Made by a program: the position numbers and the translations under genes. This document shows positions 29,292-39,563 of a stretch of 64,000 nt of DNA, piece by piece (within the stretch, counting starts at the first letter, position 1; each line of letters starts with the position of its first letter). Below the pieces are notes generated by a model. It was not told where the DNA came from, searched no databases, and saw nothing but the letters and a program-made list of their open reading frames with translations. Where the stretch lies: NCBI GenBank assembly GCA_964452565.1, contig CAYVLY010000001.1, positions 451,053-515,052 on the forward strand, in the 5' to 3' direction. The DNA comes from an uncultured Gammaproteobacteria bacterium. Lineage in GTDB: Bacteria; Patescibacteriota; Patescibacteriia; UBA9934.

Positions 29292-31148
29292 TTACTGAAC
29301 ATTGACCCTGTGGGGTCGCGGTCCGGATCCAGAGGAGAACTTGGAGCCTCCTGGATCCTGCGGCGTTGCTGTGATTCGGTAGTCGATGCCGTTGGAGAAC
29401 GTATCATCCCACGATATCGTAGCCTGGTAGGCGCCACCACGCGTGGCAAGCGGTTTGGACTTGTATGCACCCGAGTTTGTCGGACGATAGTAGACCACCA
29501 CCTTGTAGCTGCCTTCTGGGTGCACGCGCGCCTTGACCATGAAATCCTGGCCGATAGTGAGCGAACTCACTGGCACGTGCTGGATCCCAGGCTCGATGGT
29601 TGGCTCAGGCTCAGGTGCGGCGACCATAGCCTCAGGTTCAGGTTCGACCGTCACCTCGGGCTCGATCAGCACTTCTGGCTCAGGGATCTCAATGACTGGC
29701 TCAGGCTCAGGGGCCTTGGCAACCGAATCAGGTTCGATCGGATCGGGCACCGGAACGACTTCAGGCTCAGGCTCGATCACCACTTCAGGTTCGATCTGTA
29801 CCAATGCTTCGAGCTCGACAACCTTGGCTGCCTCAGGGCTGGGACCATGGGTTTCGATCTGTACCTCAGGCTCGGGCTCGGGAACTACGATCGGTTCTGG
29901 GTCCGACATGCCGGCCAGTTCGACCACAGGCTCCGATGCAGTAGCCTCTGGCGTCGCATCACCATCACCGAAGAGGACCATCCCCGCAACACAGAGCAAG
30001 ACCACTAGCCCAATGATTGCCACTGGGATGGGCCACCTGCTCCTGCGAGGTGTCGGTACATCGTCAGACAGACTATCGCCGGGCAGAACCGTGTGACCAC
30101 CTGGATCAAACGTTGTGCCAGCACTTCGGAGACCATCCAGATCTTGATCACCACTGACTGCATGCCCGTAACGTTCCTCAGGAACTTCGAGCTCCTCAGG
30201 AACCATTGTGCCGCCAGGCGGGACGACGCTCTGTGGCTCAGCCTCTACGGCCTCAGGCACACTAGCAAGCGCTTCATCAGGCTCGGACTCTGGTTCGACC
30301 ACCACCTCAGGTTCGGGCGGATCGTCAGGAAGCTCGTCGTAGATCGCACGAAGCGCATCGATCATCTCTTGCGCGCTCTGAAAGCGATCTTTGCGATTGT
30401 ACTTCGTTGCTTGCTCGATAAGCCCACGGAACACCTCAGGCACACTATTGAGCATATCAAGATCAAGCTCGCACGATTGAAGGTCTGGAGGAACTTCTAC
30501 CCCAACCAGCATGCAGTACAGCGTTGCGCCAACAGCGAAGATGTCAGAACGCAGATCTACGGAAGATCCATCACTCTTCTGCTCTGGCGACATGAAGCCA
30601 AACGTTCCCATCGGGGTACCGATCTTGGTAAGGCCTGTATCTTCGAGCTCCATCTGAACGATGCCGAAGTCAGTGACCTTCACCGCACCATCCTCAGTGA
30701 AAAGGATGTTCGCGGGCTTAATGTCACGGTGTACCATACCACGACCATGTGCGAGAGACAGTGCTCTGAGAACTGCAATACACACGCTAGCAGACCACTT
30801 CTGGCCTAGCGAACCGCGTTGATGAATCCTGTTAAGCAACGAGCCACCGGTGATGAATTCCATAACAATGAACTGCTTATCGCCACCATCACCATTACCG
30901 AATACGTCGTAGACAGATACGATGTGGTGGTGCCTAAGCCTTGCCATCGCCTTAGCTTCACGTACAAATCGCTCGCGAATCATCGGCCTATGAGACAGAT
31001 TGGGCAGCAACATCTTGATAGCAACTTCTGCATCCAGAGCGGTATTAGTCGCCCTGTACACCACTGCCATACCCCCCTCACCAATGATGGAGCCCAACTC
31101 ATACTTACCATCCGCAAGGAAGCGGTCTGGCGTTTTTTTCGAAGTCAT
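29292..31148 (-). CDS. Hanks-type Ser/Thr protein kinase, single TM, Pro/Glu-rich stalk, C-terminal beta-rich domain
   Basis: IGEGGMAVVY, VAIK, HRDIKPAN, DFG, GTFGFMSPE; TM PVAIIGLVVLLCVAGMVLF; EPEP repeats. Confidence 0.95.
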   Translation of the reverse strand: MTSKKTPDRFLADGKYELGSIIGEGGMAVVYRATNTALDAEVAIKMLLPNLSHRPMIRERFVREAKAMARLRHHHIVSVYDVFGNGDGGDKQFIVMEFITGGSLLNRIHQRGSLGQKWSASVCIAVLRALSLAHGRGMVHRDIKPANILFTEDGAVKVTDFGIVQMELEDTGLTKIGTPMGTFGFMSPEQKSDGSSVDLRSDIFAVGATLYCMLVGVEVPPDLQSCELDLDMLNSVPEVFRGLIEQATKYNRKDRFQSAQEMIDALRAIYDELPDDPPEPEVVVEPESEPDEALASVPEAVEAEPQSVVPPGGTMVPEELEVPEERYGHAVSGDQDLDGLRSAGTTFDPGGHTVLPGDSLSDDVPTPRRSRWPIPVAIIGLVVLLCVAGMVLFGDGDATPEATASEPVVELAGMSDPEPIVVPEPEPEVQIETHGPSPEAAKVVELEALVQIEPEVVIEPEPEVVPVPDPIEPDSVAKAPEPEPVIEIPEPEVLIEPEVTVEPEPEAMVAAPEPEPTIEPGIQHVPVSSLTIGQDFMVKARVHPEGSYKVVVYYRPTNSGAYKSKPLATRGGAYQATISWDDTFSNGIDYRITATPQDPGGSKFSSGSGPRPHRVNVQ

Positions 31149-31290
31149 GCACCTCTCCTTGTCGAATGTGCAAAAGAACGCTCCTCACCTGACCCTGTGT
31201 CAGATTTGGAGAAGATGGGACTATACTTAAAATAGCAGAAATAATCAAGAATCGCACCCCTGGATGCGATTCTCTGAATAATTATGTTAT

Positions 31291-32505
31291 TCACCAATTT
31301 TTAGGCGCTGCTTCCTGCAATCTTTCAAGAGCTAGGATGAATGCCCCACGCCGAAAGTCTGTTTTATACTTTTGCTTACGCTCCCATACCTCATTTGCTG
31401 CATCAGTCATCGCTTTCTTCAACTTATCGTCAACTTCTTCCTCAGTCCAAGTCTCCCCCTTCATATTCTGGTCCCACTCATAGTAACTGACTGTCACCCC
31501 ACCAGAGTTTGCAAGAATATCTGGAATAACCTCAACTCCACGTTCGTGCAAAATGTCATCTGCCTCAGGTGTTGTCGGCCCGTTAGCAAGTTCAAGAACC
31601 ACACGAGCTTTAATGCTCGCAGCGTTGTCCTTTGTGATTTGATTTTCAAGCGCCGCCGGAATCAACAAGCCACACTCAAGCTCAAGTAACTCCTCATTTG
31701 TAATATCCTCTGCGCTATCAAACCCCTGAACAGTGCGTGTTGCATCCTTATGACCTTCGAGCGCATCAACATCAAGCCCCAAAGGATTGTAAACACCACC
31801 ACGCGAGTCAGAAACAGCAACTACCTTCCACCCATGTCGATTTAACAGCGTTGCCATGATGCGTCCAGCATTTCCAAAGCCTTGAATAACAGCTGTGCGC
31901 ATCTCAGGCTCAAGGTGTAACTTATCAATCAAAGTATCAAGAACATAATATCCACCTGTCGCAGTTGCAGTTCCTCGGCCAGCACTCCCACCAGCTTCGA
32001 TAGGCTTTCCAGTCACAACCGCAGGGTGACCAAACTCATCTGCAATCCATGCCATCTCACGAGGAGAGGTGTTGACGTCCGGCGCTGGAACATCAACTTC
32101 CGGACCAATCACATCCTTCATTCCACGCGTCCACCCGCGAGTAAGCTTCTCTATTTCAGATTCTGATAATTCCTTTGGATTTACAACTACACCGCCTTTT
32201 CCTCCACCCATTGGAATACCAGCAACTGCACACTTGAATGTCATCCAAGTAGCAAGTGCTTTCACTTCTTGAAGATCAACCTGTTGATGATAACGAATCC
32301 CGCCCTTAAACGGTCCGCGCCAGTTATTGTGCTGAACGCGAAAACCCTCGAACACACGCTCTGAACCATCATCCATGGTTACAGGGATGTCGATCTTTAC
32401 TTCATTCATCGGCACGAAAAGCTTTGACAAAATCTGCTCGTCGATCTTAGCTAAATCTGCCGCTCTACGAATCTGATTAATTGCATTATCAAATACTGTA
32501 CTCAT
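31291..32505 (-). CDS. gdhA: Glu/Leu/Phe/Val dehydrogenase (glutamate dehydrogenase)
   Basis: GPFKGGIRYH, GGGKGG, DVPAPDV, QGFGNAG, ELANGP, PDILANSGGV. Confidence 0.95.
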   Translation of the reverse strand: MSTVFDNAINQIRRAADLAKIDEQILSKLFVPMNEVKIDIPVTMDDGSERVFEGFRVQHNNWRGPFKGGIRYHQQVDLQEVKALATWMTFKCAVAGIPMGGGKGGVVVNPKELSESEIEKLTRGWTRGMKDVIGPEVDVPAPDVNTSPREMAWIADEFGHPAVVTGKPIEAGGSAGRGTATATGGYYVLDTLIDKLHLEPEMRTAVIQGFGNAGRIMATLLNRHGWKVVAVSDSRGGVYNPLGLDVDALEGHKDATRTVQGFDSAEDITNEELLELECGLLIPAALENQITKDNAASIKARVVLELANGPTTPEADDILHERGVEVIPDILANSGGVTVSYYEWDQNMKGETWTEEEVDDKLKKAMTDAANEVWERKQKYKTDFRRGAFILALERLQEAAPKNW

Positions 32506-32514
32506 ATTGGAGGA

Positions 32515-32606
32515 GGGTGATAGAGGTTATTAAGGGTAATAAGAGGTGATAGAGGTTATTAAAGGTGATGAAAGACAATAATCACTTTTTATCACCTTTT
32601 CAACCT
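32515..32606. repeat. Degenerate ~9-nt tandem repeats with inverted partner
   Basis: ggtgataga ggttattaa gggtaataa gaggtgata gaggttatt aaaggtgat ... atcacttt ttatcacc. Confidence 0.7.
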
Positions 32607-33530
32607 TTAATCACTTTTGTCAGCCAACCATCTCTCAGCATCAAGTGCTGCGATGCAACCAGTCCCAGCTGAGGTTATTGCCTGGCGATACCATGGATCA
32701 ATAACATCTCCACAAGCATAAACACCTTCAACGCTTGTTTTGGATGTCCCTGGTTGATTTTTGATATAACCCTTATCCAGTTCGATCTGTTCGTTCAAAA
32801 ATTCTGTGTTTGGCTTGTGCCCGATAGCCACGAAAAATCCGTCCGCAGGAATATCAGATTCTTCTTGAGTCTTATTATTAACAGCACGAACAGTCTCGAG
32901 CTTGTCAGTTCCAATCAACTCCCTGGTCTCTGTATTCCACATAAAGTTGATCTTTGGATTATCCATAGCACGCTTTTGCATGATCTTTGAAGCCCGCAGC
33001 TCATCGCGTCGAACCAATATAGTGACAGATTCTGCAAATCGAGTTAAGAACATGGCCTCCTCCATTGCCGAATCACCGCCGCCAACCATCACGATCTTTT
33101 TGTCGCGGAAAAAGAAACCATCACATGTCGCACATGCTGAAACTCCCTTGCCTTTGAGTTCATCCTCACCAGGAACTCCCAACCAGCGTGCTGAAGCGCC
33201 TGTTGCGATAATCACCGCATCGGCTTCATACTCACCCTGATCAGTCTTCATTTTGAATGGCCGCTCTGAAAAATTAATCTCAGTCACAGTTGAATCAACA
33301 ACCTCTGTTCCGAAACGCACAGCCTGAGCTTTAAGATTGTCCATGAGTTGTGTTCCCATAATCCCTTCAGGCTCTCCTGGCCAATTCTCAACCTCAGTTG
33401 TGGTTGTAAGCTGACCACCGGGCTGTTGTCCTGTAAATAAAAGAGGCTGCAAATCAGCCCGAGCAGCATAAATAGCCGCTGTGTATCCGGCAGGCCCGGA
33501 TCCAATAATAATCAATCGACGCTTTTCCAT
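32607..33530 (-). CDS. trxB: Thioredoxin reductase
   Basis: IIGSGPAGYTAA, SACATCDG, VGGGDSA. Confidence 0.98.
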   Translation of the reverse strand: MEKRRLIIIGSGPAGYTAAIYAARADLQPLLFTGQQPGGQLTTTTEVENWPGEPEGIMGTQLMDNLKAQAVRFGTEVVDSTVTEINFSERPFKMKTDQGEYEADAVIIATGASARWLGVPGEDELKGKGVSACATCDGFFFRDKKIVMVGGGDSAMEEAMFLTRFAESVTILVRRDELRASKIMQKRAMDNPKINFMWNTETRELIGTDKLETVRAVNNKTQEESDIPADGFFVAIGHKPNTEFLNEQIELDKGYIKNQPGTSKTSVEGVYACGDVIDPWYRQAITSAGTGCIAALDAERWLADKSD

Positions 33531-33650
33531 ACGAAAGCTATTTTAGCACATGCAATCCTGGCTCCGCCATGTTTATCCACCGATTTGATCAAAAAAACCG
33601 ACTTTCGTCGGTTTTGTCTGTGTTCTAGGTTCTGGCGTCTGAGTTCTGCA

Positions 33651-33962
33651 TTATTCAACATGCTTCTCAATCCGCTCCTTCAACATCTCCTTATTCATTG
33701 ATCCAGAAAACTGCTCTACAACCTGTCCTGATTTGAAAACAATGAAAGTCGGAATTGATAGAATATTAAACTGACGTGCTAGGTCCGGATTATCATCAAC
33801 ATTTACCTTTCCTACCACCACCCCATCAAGCTCTTCGGCAAGCTCATCCACAATTGGACTCATCATTTTGCAAGGCCCGCACCACTCAGCCCAAAAATCA
33901 ACCAAAACAAGCCCATCGGCTTGAAGTACTTTCTCATCAAAAGTATCTGTTGTTAACTCCAT
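33651..33962 (-). CDS. trxA: Thioredoxin
   Basis: WAEWCGPC. Confidence 0.98.
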   Translation of the reverse strand: MELTTDTFDEKVLQADGLVLVDFWAEWCGPCKMMSPIVDELAEELDGVVVGKVNVDDNPDLARQFNILSIPTFIVFKSGQVVEQFSGSMNKEMLKERIEKHVE

Positions 33963-34054
33963 AGTTTTATTTTATGAATCGGCAAAAAGTATTTTACCAT
34001 ATTCGAATTTTCTGACAATAAAAATGAAGACACCCGGCCGCGAGGGGTCGGGTG

Positions 34055-34336
34055 TCAACGGATGCGCCGAGCTCGGCGCAACATGTGGCAGTAGAGACTC
34101 ACAAGATCAGCCCTGCCAAGCTGACCAAGATGATCTGGCCCATCGGTGCCATCGAAGACGATCACTCGCCCTCAGCACTCGTGGACCAACTCGTCGGCGC
34201 CGTCGCAGGCTCAGGTCTGCATGTAGTGGCGCAGGCGGCGGTCGACGTCGGCCTCGATGTCCTTGGCAGCGAAGGATTCGGCATAGCAGCGCGATGACAG
34301 GCGGGCGAGGGCGAAGGTGCGCGGGGGATCGTTCAT
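34055..34336 (-). pseudogene. GC-rich orphan frame with two internal in-frame TGA codons (pseudogene or recoded)
   Basis: Promoter TTGACA-17-TACATT, AGGAG SD, ATG 34336, TGA at 34211-34213 and 34172-34174, final TGA overlapping terminator hairpin. Confidence 0.6.
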
Positions 34337-34577
34337 GGTTCGTTGGCTCCTGGATGAGTTTCACCGAAGCAGACTCTGACTATTCTGCTACCACGGTTTC
34401 GAAACGCTTGCGCGCTCCGCACAGGCTGCCCTAGGCAGGCTTCCTGTGGTCAGGAGCCAAAATGTAACAAAAACAACCAGGTCTGTCAACCCCTTTTGCA
34501 TAAATTGACACATTGCTGATTATCCTTTAATTTAAATATATCCATCCTCTAAAACACTCAGACCAAAGGAACGCCCA

Positions 34578-35069
34578 ATGTCTGGCTACAATCCCCAAGA
34601 TACACTCGAAGGAATGCTGCTCGCACTTCTCCACACCATGAAAAAAAACGCAGACCACTTGGCTGCATCACACTCTAATAGGGCCCAAGAGGCCAGAACA
34701 GAAATGCTACGTGTTCACGAGCAAATGTCCGACAGGCTCACTGCCCTACCAGGCACTGGTGTCTGGATGGGAAGGGAACGAATTCGGCTGATAGAAACAC
34801 TTGTCAGCGCTGCTGACAAACTCCATCATGGAGCAACCCAGATACAGATCAGGGAACAGGTCCAGACATGCTTCAGCTTCTTTGATGCTATCTGCACCCA
34901 GATATCCGATAACGGTGTTCGAGCCAAGCAATTCTGCCGACAACCGCTGGGGCTCATCGCTGAGCTAGTGATGCGAATCGACAGTGGCGAACACCAAAAC
35001 AACGATCTTCACCGATGGCTTGACCAGGAGATCGCTAAATTGCGCCAGGCTGCACTACACAGTGAATAG
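34578..35069 (+). CDS. Orphan helical protein
   Basis: TTGACA promoter at 34505, AAAGGA SD, terminator-like hairpin ~35096-35124. Confidence 0.75.
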   Translation: MSGYNPQDTLEGMLLALLHTMKKNADHLAASHSNRAQEARTEMLRVHEQMSDRLTALPGTGVWMGRERIRLIETLVSAADKLHHGATQIQIREQVQTCFSFFDAICTQISDNGVRAKQFCRQPLGLIAELVMRIDSGEHQNNDLHRWLDQEIAKLRQAALHSE

Positions 35070-35230
35070 CCTTGGTGCTTTCGCCTGACACCTCTTTCCC
35101 CGCCTCCAAACGGAAGTGGGGAATCTTGCTTTATGAACCCAAGGTTGAACCTTAAAGCCAAAAACCAGCTATGAGCTGGTTTTTAGTAATGAGCCCCTAA
35201 TCTAAGTCAGGGATGATAAATTCTAATATT

Positions 35231-37258
35231 TCACTTGGCTCCTTCAATATCGAGCGTTCGAGCCTTTTCTTCCTCACGATAAATCTCTAGGATATCTCCC
35301 TCTTCAATCTTTGCCTTTCCAGCAAACTCAATTCCACACTCATTACCTCGCTCAACTTCCTTCACATCCATCTTACCCATCTGTAACCCCTTAATCTTCC
35401 CCTCAGCAATCACTTCCTCATCTCGTACAACACGAGCGGTTGCACCAACTTCTACAACACCCTTTTTGACATGCCCTCCAACAATCATTCCCTTTTGCAG
35501 TTTCTGGAATGTTGCGCGAATGTCCACTGCTCCAAGCTCAGTATAAACCTGCTCTGCAGGAATAAGAATCCGAAGCTTCTCAACCAAATCTTCAAACAAC
35601 TTATAGATCACAGTGTACTGGCTCAACTTTACCCTCTTATCACGCGCCAGCGTCTCAACTGCAGTAGGTGGCTTTACATTAAAAGCGAACACCCATGCCT
35701 TTGTTGCCTCAGCGTTCAAGATATCTGCGTCAGTCACATTCCCAAGCCCCTTAGATATGACCTTTACTCCCACATGTGGGTTGTCGATCTTCTCAATCAT
35801 TCCAAGTACGGCCTCAAGTGAACCAAGGACATCTGCTCGTATAACAATATTTAGCATCACCTTCTTATCTCCATCACTCTCGTCGTCTGAATCTACTTCA
35901 GCCTGTGAGGTATGTACCTTCATCTCATCAGCCCCAGCCTTTCGTGTTGGTTGTGCCTTAAGTTTTTGAAGTGACTTTGGATCCTCTGGGACCTCCATTA
36001 CATCTCCGATTGACGGTGCTGCCTTAAACCCGAGAATTCGCACAGGAGTAGACGGCTTTGCCTCCTTGATACTGTGGCCGTCCCATGTTTGCATGGCACG
36101 CACCTTTCCGTAACCAGTACCACGTACGCCAAGTGAATCTCCCAAATTCAATGTTCCAGACTGAACAAGAACTGTGGCCACTGGCCCACGTGTCTTATCA
36201 ACTTTTGATTCAATAATTGTTCCAATGGCACTTCTATCAGCATCGGCTACAATCTTTTCCTTATGCATGTCAGCCACAAGAATCAGCATGTCCAAAATCT
36301 GATCAATATTTTTTCCTTGCTTTGCAGAGATTGGAACCATGACTGTATCTCCGCCATAATCTTCAGGAATCAATCCAAACTCTGAAAGTTGACTCTTCAC
36401 CATGTCGATATTTGCATTCTCTTTATCAATCTTGTTGATTGCTACAATAAATGGCATCTTTGATGCTTTGACAATATCAATTACTTCACGAGTCTGGGGT
36501 TGCACTCCATCATCTGCTGCCACAACAATAATCGCGATGTCAGCAACCTTTGCTCCACGCGATCGCATCACTGTAAAAGCTTCGTGTCCCGGAGTGTCAA
36601 TAAATGTGAGTTCACGATCCTGTCGAGTGACCTGGTAAGCACCAATGTGCTGTGTGATTCCTCCGTGTTCAGTGTCAATAACGTTTGTATCTCGAATCGC
36701 ATCAAGCAACTTTGTTTTACCATGATCAACATGGCCCATCACGACAATAACTGGTGGTCGCTCCTCTGCACCATCTTGATCCGCAAGTACTCCCTCAAGC
36801 TTCTCTAGGCCCTCCTCATCTGCCGCCTTTGCCTCAGTATCCTCTGGCTCTGCAATAAATCCAAGATCAGCTGCAATGATTGCAGCGCTGTCAAAATCAA
36901 TTCGTTCGTTTAGTGATGCCAAGATTCCAGCGCGCATCAACTCTTGCATAACCTTTGCAATCGGCATCTCAAGCTTGTCTGCAAAATCACGTACAGTTAT
37001 TGCACTTGGCAGATAGATCTTCTGAGCTGTCCCCTCTACCACTTTTTGCTTGCGCTCTGCACGTGCTCGCTGCTCATCACGCTTTTTTGCCAAAAACTGA
37101 CGCTTTCTATACTGACGCCATGCATATTGGATTCGTCCAGCCTCGCGGTCTGGTATCTTGATCGCCTTTGCTCCAATATCAAAACCGAGCTCGGGTAATT
37201 TGTCTCTAAGCTCGTCAGTCGAAACACGCAATCTTCGGGCTAATTCTGAAATATTCAT
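35231..37258 (-). CDS. infB: Translation initiation factor IF-2
   Basis: [38 protein letters not shown]. Confidence 0.98.
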   Translation of the reverse strand: MNISELARRLRVSTDELRDKLPELGFDIGAKAIKIPDREAGRIQYAWRQYRKRQFLAKKRDEQRARAERKQKVVEGTAQKIYLPSAITVRDFADKLEMPIAKVMQELMRAGILASLNERIDFDSAAIIAADLGFIAEPEDTEAKAADEEGLEKLEGVLADQDGAEERPPVIVVMGHVDHGKTKLLDAIRDTNVIDTEHGGITQHIGAYQVTRQDRELTFIDTPGHEAFTVMRSRGAKVADIAIIVVAADDGVQPQTREVIDIVKASKMPFIVAINKIDKENANIDMVKSQLSEFGLIPEDYGGDTVMVPISAKQGKNIDQILDMLILVADMHKEKIVADADRSAIGTIIESKVDKTRGPVATVLVQSGTLNLGDSLGVRGTGYGKVRAMQTWDGHSIKEAKPSTPVRILGFKAAPSIGDVMEVPEDPKSLQKLKAQPTRKAGADEMKVHTSQAEVDSDDESDGDKKVMLNIVIRADVLGSLEAVLGMIEKIDNPHVGVKVISKGLGNVTDADILNAEATKAWVFAFNVKPPTAVETLARDKRVKLSQYTVIYKLFEDLVEKLRILIPAEQVYTELGAVDIRATFQKLQKGMIVGGHVKKGVVEVGATARVVRDEEVIAEGKIKGLQMGKMDVKEVERGNECGIEFAGKAKIEEGDILEIYREEEKARTLDIEGAK

Positions 37259-37324
37259 GGCGCAAGAATACGAAAATTAGGGAAAAATGTCAATCGACGG
37301 TCGCAATTGGTGTTGTTCCAGAGA

Positions 37325-37371
37325 CCGTCGTCCTGAGCGACCGAGCGTTTACGCGAGGAGTGAAGGATCTC
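37325..37371 (+). repeat. REP-like element, family A (intergenic copy)
   Basis: ccgtcgtcctgagcgaccgagcgtttacgcgaggagtgaaggatctc; close match to in-frame copies in rpsE and leuS. Confidence 0.85.
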
Positions 37372-37440
37372 CAAAAACAAAGAACCCCCACTGCCGCAAG
37401 GACCGAGGGGGTCCAATGCGGGCGGGGGTGAGGTGGGTAG

Positions 37441-37941
37441 CTAGTCCCAGGCGGGATCGGGCTGGCCATCCGGGACGGTGAGGGTCATGCAGGCGGCCTC
37501 GAACGAACCCTCGGGGTACACAGGCTTGCTTGAGGGTTCGAGCTGGTCCTCGTGCTCACCATCGAGCCAGGCGTTCACGTCCGCATCCGAGTCCTCAAGG
37601 TCGGGGGTGAAGTCGGCCAGATTGTGCTCGAACTGCTCCGCGAAGCTTTCCACCTGGTAGAGGATGCCGAGCATATCCATCTCGACCTCAGCCACAGGCG
37701 TGCACAGAACGCAGAGGTGGATGTCACCATCCTCCCTGAAGCGGCGGAAGACCTTGTAGGCCGGGCCGATCGAGACACTCGGGTTCTGCACGTACTGGCC
37801 CACCTGGATCTGGCCGAGCGTATCCACGGTAACACCATCGTACACATCCCGTCCGAAGCGCCAGGCGTGCACGACCTCCGCATCAGACTCCTCGCTCGCA
37901 CGCAGCTCCACGATCACATTCTCGAACTTACGGATAGCCAT
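37441..37941 (-). CDS. Acidic GC-rich orphan protein
   Basis: GAGGAG SD, strong GC3 bias, promoter 38052-38080, hairpin after stop. Confidence 0.8.
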   Translation of the reverse strand: MAIRKFENVIVELRASEESDAEVVHAWRFGRDVYDGVTVDTLGQIQVGQYVQNPSVSIGPAYKVFRRFREDGDIHLCVLCTPVAEVEMDMLGILYQVESFAEQFEHNLADFTPDLEDSDADVNAWLDGEHEDQLEPSSKPVYPEGSFEAACMTLTVPDGQPDPAWD

Positions 37942-38051
37942 GGTAGGCTCCTCTTAGCTAGGGTGGAAGTATTGGGAAAGGGGGATCTGATAACGATGTT
38001 CGCTATTCAAACCTCCTTTTCCCAAACATACCTATTTCAAATGAACGGCTA

Positions 38052-38080
38052 AGAATAGCACAAAAAAGGCCTTTTGTCAA
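38052..38080 (-). promoter_or_regulatory. Sigma70-type promoter TTGACA-17-TATTCT with TG extension
   Basis: Consensus match; near-identical copy at 61105-61133. Confidence 0.7.
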
Positions 38081-38115
38081 GCCTTTTTGCTAATTTTAGC
38101 CTTGTTTTGTAGGAA

Positions 38116-38607
38116 TTACTGAATCAAACTCATTAACCGCACGTGTTCTGCTCCAGACGGATCACAAGCACCAATTTCAAGAACCTCATCCTCAAATAGC
38201 ATGTAATACCCAGTACGAACTCGTGAAAAAGTCTCATCTGATGTATCAAATGGTAGCTCCTCCAAATAGCTCTCAGGTAGATATTCCTGAACATTGAGAC
38301 ATGCATCGGCCAACTCTACATCCTCACATTGATCACCAAATGATCCATCGCACCCCTCTCCTATTCCAATCATGACTTTCTGATACTGCGCCTGGAGAGC
38401 AACCTCGTAAAAAAGATCAACATCTGATGCTTGAAGCTCAAGCATCACTTCCATATAATCACGCACCCCATCAAGTTGCTGCTCCCGATACGCGTCTTCA
38501 AGTGAATCCTTTGGATTAGCAATCACAATTCCGATTAACAAAATCAAAGCCACAACTAGAACCGCTGTGATGACCTCTATGATTGTGTACCCACGTGGCT
38601 TATTCAT
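38116..38607 (-). CDS. Type IV pilin / pseudopilin-like protein
   Basis: Class III signal MNKPRG|YTIIEVITAVLVVALIL; Cys pairs in head. Confidence 0.85.
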   Translation of the reverse strand: MNKPRGYTIIEVITAVLVVALILLIGIVIANPKDSLEDAYREQQLDGVRDYMEVMLELQASDVDLFYEVALQAQYQKVMIGIGEGCDGSFGDQCEDVELADACLNVQEYLPESYLEELPFDTSDETFSRVRTGYYMLFEDEVLEIGACDPSGAEHVRLMSLIQ

Positions 38608-38631
38608 AAAATCATGTTACGATTTCATTAT

Positions 38632-39372
38632 ATGCCGAAATCAGGATTTCTTCTAATCAATAAACCACAAGGCTGGACAAGCTTTGATGTTGTTGCAAAA
38701 CTGCGCACGATCACGAACATAAAAAAGATTGGTCATGCTGGAACACTTGATCCGTTTGCGACTGGGCTTTTGATAATAGCAATAGGCCGTGAAGCAACAC
38801 GAGAAATAGACAAACTCATGGGATTGGATAAAGAATACCTCGCAGAGTTTGTTCTTGGTGCCACAACTGAGAGTCTTGATACTGAGACTGAGGTAAAGAT
38901 CGATGATGACATGCCAGAACTTTCACAAGACCAGATCCTGGCCACCATGCAAGAACTGACCGGCGAAATCGATCAGATTCCGCCAATGCACTCAGCAATC
39001 AAAGTTGGCGGGAAACGACTCTATAAAATAGCACGCAAAGGTGAGGAGGTTGAGCGCAAGCCTCGTAAGGTTAGGATCGAACACTTCGAACTTACCTCCC
39101 CTCCTTACGAAGGAGGGGCAGGGGGAGGTCGCACACCGCTAATCCTCGAGGTTCGCATTAAGTGTTCAAGCGGCACGTACATTCGAGCCCTGGCCCGCGA
39201 CCTTGCTGAAAAACTAGGAACTACTGGATACACGCGCGCTCTTTGTCGTACAAAGATCGGAAACTTCAACGTATCTGACGCAATTGAAATCGATCAGATC
39301 GATGACCAAACTTGGCAAAACTTCGTAAAAAACCTTGAAATCGATGCAATTGACGAAAGTGCCCGATCGTGA
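38632..39372 (+). CDS. truB: tRNA pseudouridine(55) synthase
   Basis: KIGHAGTLDPFATG, QIPPMHSAIKVGG, CSSGTYIRALARD. Confidence 0.97.
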   Translation: MPKSGFLLINKPQGWTSFDVVAKLRTITNIKKIGHAGTLDPFATGLLIIAIGREATREIDKLMGLDKEYLAEFVLGATTESLDTETEVKIDDDMPELSQDQILATMQELTGEIDQIPPMHSAIKVGGKRLYKIARKGEEVERKPRKVRIEHFELTSPPYEGGAGGGRTPLILEVRIKCSSGTYIRALARDLAEKLGTTGYTRALCRTKIGNFNVSDAIEIDQIDDQTWQNFVKNLEIDAIDESARS

Positions 39373-39563
39373 TAGTCTGAGTCTGTAAAAATTAACTGAG
39401 TTTGGAAGAATTTCAGGCATACCGGCAGTATCTATGACTTCATTTTGTACATCTAGCACAAAAATCTTTAATAAAGATTTTGAGCTAACCATCGTGAACA
39501 ATCGAAGAATAGAATCACAGGAATAATTCCTGCCTGTTTTCGTTTCCAACTCCTAAACACTCT

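Noticed and set aside
29310-30809. Long + strand ORFs (232, 187, 238 aa) opposite the kinase
   Set aside because: Antisense shadows of a GC3-biased, repetitive gene
34055-34336. Genome-wide TGA reassignment (code 25 or 4)
   Set aside because: infB, gdh, truB and the MFS gene at 23551 terminate at TGA at expected lengths, and core genes have no internal TGA
37953-38015. uORF MNSEHRYQIPLSQYFHPS after AGGAGG upstream of orphan 37441
   Set aside because: SD-to-TTG spacing of 1 nt is implausible; no further support
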